Part shown: positions 8,588 through 16,430 of the stretch, in pieces | Layout: every line of letters begins with the position of its first letter | Position numbering within the stretch: the stretch's first letter is position 1 | NCBI GenBank assembly: GCA_036011785.1 | Contig: DASCOB010000158.1 | Span: forward strand, 1-53,592 | Reading direction: 5' to 3' | Length of the DNA: 53,592 bases | From: Anaerolineales bacterium | GTDB taxonomy: Bacteria > Chloroflexota > Anaerolineae > Anaerolineales > UBA11657 | Made by a program: the position numbers and the translations under genes | Notes under the pieces: generated by a model | Told to the model about the DNA's origin: nothing | Seen by the model: the letters and a program-made list of their open reading frames with translations, nothing else | Databases searched by the model: none

Positions 8588-10261
8588 GTGAAAGTACTTT
8601 TTATTTATACAGATATTGGTATCTCCGTCGGCTACTCTTGTGGTGTTGGGGCCTTGTCTGCCTACTTGAGGAAGAAGGGTCATGACACCAAACTACTGCA
8701 TGTTTCTGATGAATTAAACTATGGACTGGATGTTGAAAAAATAGTCGCAGACGTGGAAGAATATGATCCTGGACTCATCTGTTTTTCCGCGGTCACTAAC
8801 CAATGGTTCTACGTAAAAATAATCGCTAAGTTGATCCGACGCAATTGTAATATTCCTATAGTTGTTGGTGGTCACCATGCCAATGCAGCCCCAGCTGAAA
8901 TAATTGAAGAGGAAGCGGTGGATTTTGTGTGTAAGGGAGAAGGAGAGAGGCCCCTGCTTGAACTGGTTGAGAAGCTAGAAGCCGGTGAGAATGTCCATCA
9001 TGTTCCAAACATGCTGGTAAAAAAAAGAGGTTATTGCAACGACACGATTGAGATGAAAGCAGAAAGTGTAACGGTTGAGCCTGTTGGAGTAACTGACACT
9101 TCAAGTTCTGATGGCTCATCCGGCGAATCTATCAAAGACACCACGACTTACCAACTTAGTGACGGAACAGAGATTGTCGATAATCCGGTAGGTCGATGGG
9201 TGGATGATCTCGACTCCTTGCCTTTTGAAGACCGTGACATCTTCAACTACAGGGAAATTGTAGATTCTCGACACGGTTGGGCTGAAGTCATCGCTACCAG
9301 AGGCTGCCCTTATACGTGCGCCTACTGTTTTAACATTCCGTTCTTTGATATGTACAAGGAAGACCTACGAAACACTGGTGATGCCGTAAAAATGAAGGAC
9401 TTCATCCGTAGAAGGGGTGTTGAGTCTACCATTGCTATGCTAAAAGAAATCATAGAGGAGTATCCTAACGTAAAATACTTCACCTTTGTCGATGACGTTT
9501 TTGCAATATACACCCCGTGGCTTGCCGAGTTAGCCCCCGTTTATAAAAAAGAAATCGGATTGCCATTTGCTGCCACCTCGCAACCGCTGGCATTTAATGA
9601 AAGAATCGCTAGAATATTGCAGGAAATGGGCTGCAAAGTTGTGAAAATGGGCGTTGAAGCTGGTAATCCAGACCTTAGAAATCAGGTGCTAAACAGAGGT
9701 ATTCCTGATCGGGTGTTAATTGACGCGTTCAACATTGCACGCAAATATAACCTCAAGCCGCAGGCCTTCAACATGATCGGTCTACCTAGAGAAACCAACG
9801 ACAATATGATGGAAACAGTTAGGTTAAATGCTAAGTTGCGGGCTTATATTGTCTGGGTGTCCACGTTTATGCCATACCCTGGTACAAATCTATACACCTA
9901 TTGCCGAGACCAAGGACTAATGGATGAGACCAAATGGGATGGCGTGAAAAGCTATCGAGGCGGTTCTGTTCTAAACGAAACTAGTTTCTCCCGCCTAGAT
10001 CTCGAGAAAATGCGAGTGATGTTTCGCTGGCACCTTAATGTCGCATTGCAAAATGGTTGCTCTGAAACTTATGCGGCGGCTATCGCGGAACTTGATAGCC
10101 TCAGTGAAAAAGTTTGGATGTCTGGAGAAGCAGAAGAGCTTTGGCTTGAAAGAGAACCAATGCTGGACAAACAGTTCCGTGAAGTGCAGATCGACCATTA
10201 CGTTGGTAAGAAATATGTCAACATGTTGTGGGCTGAAGAATACAATTATGATCTTACTTGA
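8588..10261 (+). CDS. B12-binding-domain (class B) radical SAM enzyme of unknown specificity
   Basis: ORF 8558..10261. N-terminal Rossmann-like B12 domain: VLFIYTD...GALSAYLRKKGH, IVVGGHHANAAP and CKGEGE. Radical SAM cluster motif RGCPYTCAYCFN (CxxxCxxC, nt about 9305-9328). An S/T/D/G-rich stretch lies at about nt 9029-9193. Start is GTG 8588 (RBS GGAGAA) or ATG 8558. Confidence 0.8.
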   Translation: MKVLFIYTDIGISVGYSCGVGALSAYLRKKGHDTKLLHVSDELNYGLDVEKIVADVEEYDPGLICFSAVTNQWFYVKIIAKLIRRNCNIPIVVGGHHANAAPAEIIEEEAVDFVCKGEGERPLLELVEKLEAGENVHHVPNMLVKKRGYCNDTIEMKAESVTVEPVGVTDTSSSDGSSGESIKDTTTYQLSDGTEIVDNPVGRWVDDLDSLPFEDRDIFNYREIVDSRHGWAEVIATRGCPYTCAYCFNIPFFDMYKEDLRNTGDAVKMKDFIRRRGVESTIAMLKEIIEEYPNVKYFTFVDDVFAIYTPWLAELAPVYKKEIGLPFAATSQPLAFNERIARILQEMGCKVVKMGVEAGNPDLRNQVLNRGIPDRVLIDAFNIARKYNLKPQAFNMIGLPRETNDNMMETVRLNAKLRAYIVWVSTFMPYPGTNLYTYCRDQGLMDETKWDGVKSYRGGSVLNETSFSRLDLEKMRVMFRWHLNVALQNGCSETYAAAIAELDSLSEKVWMSGEAEELWLEREPMLDKQFREVQIDHYVGKKYVNMLWAEEYNYDLT

Positions 10262-10351
10262 TTATGCTTTACCCCCACACAATGATGTTAGTAGGTTTGG
10301 CCTCCCGACGAATTGACAAGGCAGCAAATTCACTCACTAAGGTAATAGGAT

Positions 10352-10609
10352 ATGCCAAATTGCGGTAACGGACATGTCATGAACGAGAGTTCCAGAAGCC
10401 GTACTATAGAGAGGGTTGAGGAAGTCGTCTATACTAAGCAAAAAATAAAGCATTTCGATCGCAATGGCTCAGAATTCTGGCAAGAGACCAATGTTCCAGA
10501 CCTAGTTGAGAAGGAGGTCAAGCTCGACAGCGTGGTATATGTGTGCGCTATCTGTGGCGAGACACAAACGGTCACGGAAGAGCTGACCGAGCCGTCCAAC
10601 GTACCTTAG
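10352..10609 (+). CDS. Small hypothetical protein (85 aa) with a putative Cys/His metal knuckle
   Basis: Low-GC codon usage matches the neighbouring rSAM gene. It has N-terminal NCGNGH and C-terminal CAICGE (CxxC). The RBS is weak (AAGG/AGGA) and I recognise no family. Confidence 0.45.
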   Translation: MPNCGNGHVMNESSRSRTIERVEEVVYTKQKIKHFDRNGSEFWQETNVPDLVEKEVKLDSVVYVCAICGETQTVTEELTEPSNVP

Positions 10610-10642
10610 TTGTTTCTTTTCTCCGCGGCCAAGGTAATTGAA

Positions 10643-10899
10643 GCATTAGTGCTACCGGCACTCCGGAAGAAGCGCCCGCCCGCGTGCAGCAGTACATTGA
10701 ACGTGGGTGCACCTGCCCGATGCTCTACCCGCTGGGTGAACCCTATCTGATGATGGATACCTTCGCGGTCAACTAGCGCGCTGCCGCCCCGGCGTTTATT
10801 CCAACACCCCCAACTCGCTGCCGACCTGTTTAAAGGCTGCCAGCGCGGCGTCCAGGTCGGCGCGCTGGTGAGCTGCCGAGAGCTGCACGCGGATGCGCA
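10643..10899 (+). repeat. Direct repeat copy B
   Basis: See copy A. Offset is 2655 nt through the LLM-derived part. Confidence 0.85.
10645..10776 (+). pseudogene. Remnant of the last 43 codons of an LLM-class oxidoreductase gene
   Basis: Translates to [43 protein letters not shown]. The intact gene has [43 protein letters not shown]. An in-frame TGA lies immediately upstream at 10639-10641. Confidence 0.8.
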
Positions 10900-10990
10900 C
10901 ATCGTTAGGGCGCAGTTCCAGCAGCGGGATTTCTTGCAGCTGCAGGCCCGCACCGGGTTCAGGTTTCATAAGCGCTCGTAAGGTCTGCAT
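10796..10990 (-). pseudogene. In-frame fusion of a tdh 5' remnant (about 31 codons) to a kbl 3' remnant (about 33 codons)
   Basis: The 64-aa ORF reads MQTLRALMKPEPGAGLQLQEIPLLELRPNDV|RIRVQLSAAHQRADLDAALAAFKQVGSELGVLE. The first part is the classic N-terminus of L-threonine 3-dehydrogenase. The second part is the Kbl C-terminus. Confidence 0.65.
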
Positions 10991-11007
10991 ATATCCCTAC
11001 CGGTTAG

Positions 11008-11169
11008 TCAATCGCTCTCGCGAGAGCGCAAGTCTGTTTGCGCGGGTATCAAAGCCTGGTCGAGGTCGGCGATTATGTCGTCGGGATGCTCGCTGCTCAC
11101 ACTCAGGCGGACAAGATTGTCGGGCACCGCGGCCATTTCCCGATCATATCTTTCCCGGCTGGCGGCACA
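11008..11169 (-). pseudogene. 3' remnant of a MetY-like (O-acetylhomoserine sulfhydrylase family) gene
   Basis: My translation gives ...SRERYDREMAAVPDNLVRLSVSSEHPDDIIADLDQAL.... The intact paralogue at 12787..14166 has ...SGRELAEVPDHLIRLSVGGEHFDDIIADLDRAL. The remnant is closed upstream by an in-frame TAA. Confidence 0.55.
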
Positions 11170-11296
11170 TTACGTCCCAGACCGAAAGCTCCTTGTCGTC
11201 CGCACAGGTGCCGCCTTCGATTTTGGTAGCTGGAGGCGGCGCCTGTGCCCCTGACGGAGCCTACCGGGAAACTCATTGAGTCAAGCTCAGTGCCTG

Positions 11297-11923
11297 TTAA
11301 GCCGGCTTGCGCGCGATGCCGCGTACGGTCGGCCGCAACACCGGCGCTGCTTTGCGCATGCATTCTCTGGTCACCGCCTCGATGACGAAACCGGCGGCGA
11401 GAATGGCGCTGGTCGTGTGCCGGGCGAGATGGCAATTGCCGGCCACCCGCTTCCAGACTGGCTGCAGGCGGCGTTGCCATCTCAGCCGGCGGGGGCGCTC
11501 TTCGGCGGCGACATGTTCGAGAAAGACAAGACCACCGCCGGGTGTAAGCAACTGGTAGATTGCCGCCAGCGCTGCCGTCAGATCTGCTACCGAGCAGAGC
11601 ACTAGCGTGGCGACGACGAAATCAAAGGATTCATCTGGCAAATCCAGCTTCTCTAGCGCGCGGTCAATGATGTCCACGCTGTTGGTGCGCCCGGATGCGG
11701 CCAGCTTTTTCGACAGTTTCCTGCGCATGTAGCGGTCGGGCTCAACCAGCACCAATCGCTCGATGGCGGGTGGGTAGTGAGTCAGGTTGGCGCCCGTGCC
11801 TGCACCCACTTCTATAATATCGCCGCGCACTCCGGCGAGCAGACTTGCCCGCCAGTCTTGCAGGCATGCCTGCTCGCTCCGGCGCGTAAAGCGGTCGTAT
11901 ATGGCGGCTCCCAACCACGACAT
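11297..11923 (-). CDS. Class I SAM-dependent methyltransferase
   Basis: 208 aa. Motif I is DIIEVGAGTGANL, followed by the acidic loop LVLVEPD and then FDFVVATLVLCSV. Confidence 0.75.
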   Translation of the reverse strand: MSWLGAAIYDRFTRRSEQACLQDWRASLLAGVRGDIIEVGAGTGANLTHYPPAIERLVLVEPDRYMRRKLSKKLAASGRTNSVDIIDRALEKLDLPDESFDFVVATLVLCSVADLTAALAAIYQLLTPGGGLVFLEHVAAEERPRRLRWQRRLQPVWKRVAGNCHLARHTTSAILAAGFVIEAVTRECMRKAAPVLRPTVRGIARKPA

Positions 11924-11929
11924 CAGTGA

Positions 11930-12250
11930 TTATTCCCGGCCCAATTTGACGGCAGTTCCGTACGCCAGCAACTCCGCTGCACCTTGCATCACAGCGGACG
12001 TGGTGAAGCGCACGCAGACAACCCCGTTAGCCCCTCTGGTTCTGGCGTCAGCAATCATTCTGTCTAGGGCCTGCTCGCGCGACTCGGCCAGCATTTTCGT
12101 GTATTCCTTGATTTCACCGCCCACCAGGTTTCTCAACCCGGCGAGGATATCCTTTCCGACGTGTCTCGCTCGAATCGTGTTTCCCTTGACCAACCCCAGA
12201 GTCTCTGTTATTTCTCTATCTGCGAATTCGTCTTGAGTCGTGATCAGCAT
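11930..12250 (-). CDS. ybjQ: YbjQ/UPF0145 family protein
   Basis: MLITTQDEF..REITETLGLVKGNTIRARHVGKDILAGLRNLVGGEIKEYTKMLAESREQALDRMIADA...GANGVVCVRF is the canonical YbjQ sequence pattern. The ATG at 12250 is preceded by AGGAGGTG. Confidence 0.8.
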   Translation of the reverse strand: MLITTQDEFADREITETLGLVKGNTIRARHVGKDILAGLRNLVGGEIKEYTKMLAESREQALDRMIADARTRGANGVVCVRFTTSAVMQGAAELLAYGTAVKLGRE

Positions 12251-12259
12251 GCCCACCTC

Positions 12260-12463
12260 CTATTTTTTTACTGTGGAAGAATAGTGGTCGTCCTCTGTGT
12301 TGCCCAGTCGGTCCTTGATGACCTTCGCCAGCAGAAAACCGATTCCGAGAATGGCCGCCAGCCCAATCACCCCAGCCGGGAATGCGGCAATTGACTCGGC
12401 GATGATAGCGGCAATCCAGGCGACGGCCACAATTGCCAGTAGAACGTATCCGATGTTTTCCAT
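12260..12463 (-). CDS. Small two-helix membrane protein (67 aa)
   Basis: ORF 12260..12505. I prefer the internal ATG at 12463 because AGGAGA lies 7 nt upstream. It has two hydrophobic segments, YVLLAIVAVAWIAAIIA and VIGLAAILGIGFLLA. Confidence 0.5.
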   Translation of the reverse strand: MENIGYVLLAIVAVAWIAAIIAESIAAFPAGVIGLAAILGIGFLLAKVIKDRLGNTEDDHYSSTVKK

Positions 12464-12786
12464 GTCTGAGTCTCCTGTCTCCCACTCACTGATCAGCACT
12501 GCCATTTCGGCGGGCCAGTGGCAAGGGTGAGAAAGCCGCTAATGCGCGCCCGTGGGTTCGCAGCCTTGAAAAAAGAAACCGTACATCTTTCACGTTTTCA
12601 GAATTATTGATGCCGCCTGCCTTCGTCTCACCTAGGATGTCCATTTGCATTACTATAATGCCAGAGGCAACGCAACACAACACGTCATAAGCCGTGAGTT
12701 CACGGCGCAACATAGAGCGCAGACATTATGTGGCTTGAGAATTTCGCGCTGTGCCGGAAGTTGCTCCCGTGCGCACCGCGCTGGCT

Positions 12787-14166
12787 TCACGCGCTGGTCA
12801 GTGCACGGTCGAGGTCAGCGATTATGTCGTCAAAGTGTTCGCCGCCCACGCTTAGCCGGATGAGGTGGTCGGGCACCTCCGCGAGCTCGCGTCCGGATTT
12901 GCCCTGCTGCTGATGGGTGGAAATGGCTGGAATGGTGGCGATGCTCTTGATGCGCCCTAAATCTGTGGCACGCCAGATGAGCTGCAGGCGGTCGAAGGTG
13001 GCCCGCGCCGCAGCTGCCCCGCCGCGCACGGTGAAGCCCATCAGGTGGCCGTATCGATTGAGCGGAGCGCCGCCTTCGAGCGCGCCATCGACCAGCCACA
13101 TCTGCTGGGCTGCCAGCGCGTAATCGCGCATGCTTTCCAGCCCGGGGTATAAGGCAGTCTCGACCTGTGGATGGTTGCTGAGAAAGCGTGCCACCTGCAT
13201 TGTGTTGCGACTGAAAAGATCCATTTTGCTGCGCAAGGTACGCAGGTCGTTCATGATCATTGTCGCGCTGAACGGGCTCAGCCCCGGGCCGTGGTCGCGG
13301 CCCGGGTGCAACTTCACGTATCGGGCGAAGTCCTCGCGCATTTCATCCGGGCCGATGCGGCTGGGCAAATCGTGGCGCGCAATCAACGCACCGGCAATCG
13401 CCATGCCGCTGCTGGTAATGGTCTTGCTGAGCGAATGCACCACTATATCCGCGCCGTAGCAGAGCGGACGCAGCAGCGCTGGGGTGGCGACGGTGCTGTC
13501 AACAATTAGCGGGCACCCGTGCTCATGCGCCTGCGCCGCCACTGCGGCGACATCCAGCATCGCCAGACCCGGGTTGCTGGGCAACTCGCCGTACAGGAAA
13601 CGCGTGTTCTCGTCAATCTGACCGGCCCATTCCTCCAGATTGAGTGGATCACGCACCCAGCGAATCTCCACCCCGCGTTCTGCGCCATAGCGTTCCTCAA
13701 AGAGCGTGAAGGTACCGCCATAGCATTTGACGCTGGCGACGATGTTCATTGGCCGGCTGCCGGAAAGAAACGGATTGGTCGCCATGAAAACTGCTGCCAT
13801 CCCTGAAGCGATTACGCAGGCGCTGGTCGCGCCTTCATAACCATAACCTTCCAGCAGCGCAAGAGTCTCCTCGAGGAAATGCTGCGTTGGGTTTGCGACA
13901 CGGCTATACGCCCAGGCCGGCATCAGGTAGGCGAGGGCCGCCTCCATGTGGTTGCTGTTTTCAAAATGTTGCGCCGAGCTGAGGTACGTTGGTTCGATAA
14001 TGCTGCCCTGATTGGCTAGCGCTGCCTCCATGCCGTATAGGCCGTGCACGGCGATTGTGTCGAATTTCATCGCGCGCATAGCAGCGCGGCGGGATTCCTC
14101 TGCGGATGTCAGCGCTTCGCCGCGCTGAATGTATTCCTGCACTCCGGGAGAGTATGTGTTTGTCAT
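12787..14166 (-). CDS. metY: O-acetylhomoserine/O-acetylserine sulfhydrylase family PLP enzyme (MetY-like)
   Basis: 459 aa of the Cys/Met-metabolism PLP family. Contains DIVVHSLSKTITSSG (PLP-lysine region) and ATIPAISTHQQ...LIRLSVGGEH at the C-terminus. Confidence 0.75.
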   Translation of the reverse strand: MTNTYSPGVQEYIQRGEALTSAEESRRAAMRAMKFDTIAVHGLYGMEAALANQGSIIEPTYLSSAQHFENSNHMEAALAYLMPAWAYSRVANPTQHFLEETLALLEGYGYEGATSACVIASGMAAVFMATNPFLSGSRPMNIVASVKCYGGTFTLFEERYGAERGVEIRWVRDPLNLEEWAGQIDENTRFLYGELPSNPGLAMLDVAAVAAQAHEHGCPLIVDSTVATPALLRPLCYGADIVVHSLSKTITSSGMAIAGALIARHDLPSRIGPDEMREDFARYVKLHPGRDHGPGLSPFSATMIMNDLRTLRSKMDLFSRNTMQVARFLSNHPQVETALYPGLESMRDYALAAQQMWLVDGALEGGAPLNRYGHLMGFTVRGGAAAARATFDRLQLIWRATDLGRIKSIATIPAISTHQQQGKSGRELAEVPDHLIRLSVGGEHFDDIIADLDRALTSA

Positions 14167-14208
14167 CTTCTCTTTCTCACAATGGACGGCGCATGTGCAG
14201 GCACAGTT

Positions 14209-15513
14209 TTAGCCGAGGACCGAGAAGCTGCTTTCGCGGTTCACCGCGCGCAGGCGCGAAAAGAAACCGAGGTCAAGCTCGAGTCCGGTGTAACGACCTT
14301 TCACTTTGACCGGGTCGCGATCATGGTCGTGACCGCGCTCGCACGCTTCAATGAGCGTTGCCAGCATGTGCGCGGCCGGCGCTGCGTTTTTAAACTGGTT
14401 GCCGCTGGTGCCGATGGCCATGTAGAAACCGGGCAGATCGGAGCGGTCATAGATGGGAATCCAGTCATCGCTCACATCATACAGGTCGGCTATACCCATT
14501 GTTTCATTAGGCACGCGCAAACCGGGGAAGCGCTTCGCCAGGCGATAGGTTTGCGCTTTCCAGCGCGCGTCGGTGACGTTCTCGTTGAAGTCGTCCGGGT
14601 CTTCAATCCACTCCAGTGGGTCGCAGGGCGGATCGCCGCTCCCCACCAGCAGCAGGTTGCCCACTTCCGGGCGGAAATAAATGCCGTTGTCGTTGTCCGA
14701 GGTCGGACAGCCCGCGTGCTCAAAATTCACTCCCTCCGGCGCGGGTACATAATGAACCTCGTGCCTGAGCGCGCGGGTTTTCACGTTCATTCCAGTTTCC
14801 ACGCCAGCCATGCGATTGATGACGAATGAATGCGGACCAGCCACATTGACGACAATGTCCGCATCGATTTCCTCGCCGCCACGCAGCGTGACGCCCAGTG
14901 CCTTTTCGGCATTGCGGCGCACGGCGGTGACCGCACGCCTTAGCAGGAATACCGCGCCATGGGCCTCGGCCGCTGCGCACATGTTTCGCGTGGCCAGCTG
15001 CGGGTCGTTGACGTAACCCTCGCCGGGATTGAATATCGCTCCGGGAACCTGTGCGCCGGGCTCATCCCAGAATGAATCGGCATCAGGCAGCGTGGGCGGC
15101 CAGAAGGAAGCGGTGTCGAAGAAGGGGTATTTCGCACGTAGTTCCTCCAGCGTTAATCGCTGGTATTCGATTCCGATTTCGTCGTAGATGGGCAGCACCT
15201 TTTTCCAGTGCTCATCGGGCGCCTTAAGCTGCGTCATGCCGCACTCGATGTAGCGCGCTAACTCGGAAGGCTTGCCGTCGGCGACGTAGTTTTCCCAGTC
15301 TCTCCAGTAGAAGACGCCTTCATAGGCGAGCGCCACTCCCTGAAAGGTGGAATAACAGGTGCGCACAATAGCGCACGAATTGGCCGTGGAGCCGCACCCG
15401 ACTGCGGCGTTGCGGTCCACGCAGGTGACGCGACAGCCTTTTTTCTGCAACTCAAATGCGATGGCGCATCCGATTATGCCCGCGCCGATGACGACTGCTC
15501 TCTTATCTTTCAT
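14209..15513 (-). CDS. FAD-dependent oxidoreductase (DAO / sarcosine-oxidase-beta-like family)
   Basis: 434 aa. N-terminal dinucleotide fold is KRAVVIGAGIIGCAIAFELQKKG. Size and layout fit DAO-family enzymes. The substrate is unknown. Confidence 0.7.
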   Translation of the reverse strand: MKDKRAVVIGAGIIGCAIAFELQKKGCRVTCVDRNAAVGCGSTANSCAIVRTCYSTFQGVALAYEGVFYWRDWENYVADGKPSELARYIECGMTQLKAPDEHWKKVLPIYDEIGIEYQRLTLEELRAKYPFFDTASFWPPTLPDADSFWDEPGAQVPGAIFNPGEGYVNDPQLATRNMCAAAEAHGAVFLLRRAVTAVRRNAEKALGVTLRGGEEIDADIVVNVAGPHSFVINRMAGVETGMNVKTRALRHEVHYVPAPEGVNFEHAGCPTSDNDNGIYFRPEVGNLLLVGSGDPPCDPLEWIEDPDDFNENVTDARWKAQTYRLAKRFPGLRVPNETMGIADLYDVSDDWIPIYDRSDLPGFYMAIGTSGNQFKNAAPAAHMLATLIEACERGHDHDRDPVKVKGRYTGLELDLGFFSRLRAVNRESSFSVLG

Positions 15514-15526
15514 GGAGTGGATCGGT

Positions 15527-16393
15527 TCAGTTGTCGCGCTGCCCTTCGGTTTGAATTTTGTTCCACGCGCTTTTTATCAGCAGTGCGTCCTCTTCCATTA
15601 TCGGGCTTTCGCACAACAAACGCCCCGCACAAGCGTTGTCGGCAAGCGCCCGCAGAAAGTCGCGATAGCGCAGGTCGGCATCTTCGAAAGGTAGGTGCCT
15701 TTTCTCGCCTTTCGGGCCGTAATCAATGCCGGAAATATGAATGTGCAATTGGCGCAACGCCTGCTCTCCCAGCGCCGTACCGATTGACTTGATAACCGCG
15801 TCAAATTCCGCATATGTGTTGACGCTTCCGTCGCCGGGGCGGGCGTGCAGGTGGGCAATGTCGATGCACGGAGCCACGCCGGGGATTTCCTGTGCAAGTT
15901 GCAGCGTGTCTTCCAGAGAACCGAGCATAGCGCTTTTGCCCATAGTTTCCGGACGTAAGGTGACCGGGTTCCCGGCGGCGCGCAATTCCTGTACGCAGGC
16001 GCGCAGTCGCTGTAGAGCCAGTGGCAGCACGTCCGCCGCCGGGCTGCCGAAATACGAGCCGGGATGAAAGATTATGTCGGTGGCACCAGCGAGGTTGCCG
16101 TAGTGGGCCGCGTCCATCAGGCGCTTGCGACTTTTGGGCCACTCATCGTCTTTCGCGTTCAGGTTTATGAAATAAGGCGCGTGCACGCTGAGCGCCACCC
16201 GGTGTTCGGCCGCGGCCATGTTGATTTTCTCGCAGGTGGTCTCTTTCACCCGCACCGAGTGCACCCAGCCGAGCTCCAATGTGCTTAGGCCGAGGTCGGC
16301 GCTGTGTGCAACCGCGCCTGCCGAGCCGCCCGGCTTCTTTGGGGTGGAAATAGGAGAGCCCACCGTGCCAAATTGGAAATCTGATTCGGTCAT
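15527..16393 (-). CDS. Endonuclease IV-like (AP endonuclease family 2) TIM-barrel protein
   Basis: Start taken at ATG 16393 (RBS GGAGCG). Motifs are VHAPYFINLNA, IFHPGSY, LRPETMGK, CIDIAHLHA and IHISGIDYGPKGEKRHLPF. These mirror the metal-ligand blocks of Nfo-type enzymes. Confidence 0.65.
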   Translation of the reverse strand: MTESDFQFGTVGSPISTPKKPGGSAGAVAHSADLGLSTLELGWVHSVRVKETTCEKINMAAAEHRVALSVHAPYFINLNAKDDEWPKSRKRLMDAAHYGNLAGATDIIFHPGSYFGSPAADVLPLALQRLRACVQELRAAGNPVTLRPETMGKSAMLGSLEDTLQLAQEIPGVAPCIDIAHLHARPGDGSVNTYAEFDAVIKSIGTALGEQALRQLHIHISGIDYGPKGEKRHLPFEDADLRYRDFLRALADNACAGRLLCESPIMEEDALLIKSAWNKIQTEGQRDN

Positions 16394-16430
16394 GTTCGCT
16401 CCATGATGGGGATTATAAACAAGCCGGTGT

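Larger units (their letters stand above)
8243..10642 (+). other. Compositionally foreign low-GC islet (about 40-45% GC by eye, against >60% in the flanks) carrying two genes
   Basis: There is an abrupt switch to AT-rich sequence and A/T-ending codons (AAA, GAA, ATT, TTT) from about 8320 to about 10640. The islet is bounded by repeat copies A and B. No integrase or transposase is present. Confidence 0.75.

Noticed and set aside
10038-10316. 92-aa plus-strand ORF overlapping the 3' end of the radical SAM gene
   Set aside because: It is an alternative frame inside a well-supported gene, with no RBS or motifs.
8243-10642. Calling the islet a transposon, IS or integrative element
   Set aside because: There is no transposase, integrase or recombinase ORF, no terminal inverted repeats and no short target-site duplication. 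The flanking repeats are long, diverged host-gene segments.
14044-14829. 261-aa plus-strand ORF overlapping the metY start and the FAD oxidoreductase
   Set aside because: It is antisense to two motif-bearing genes and has no family features.
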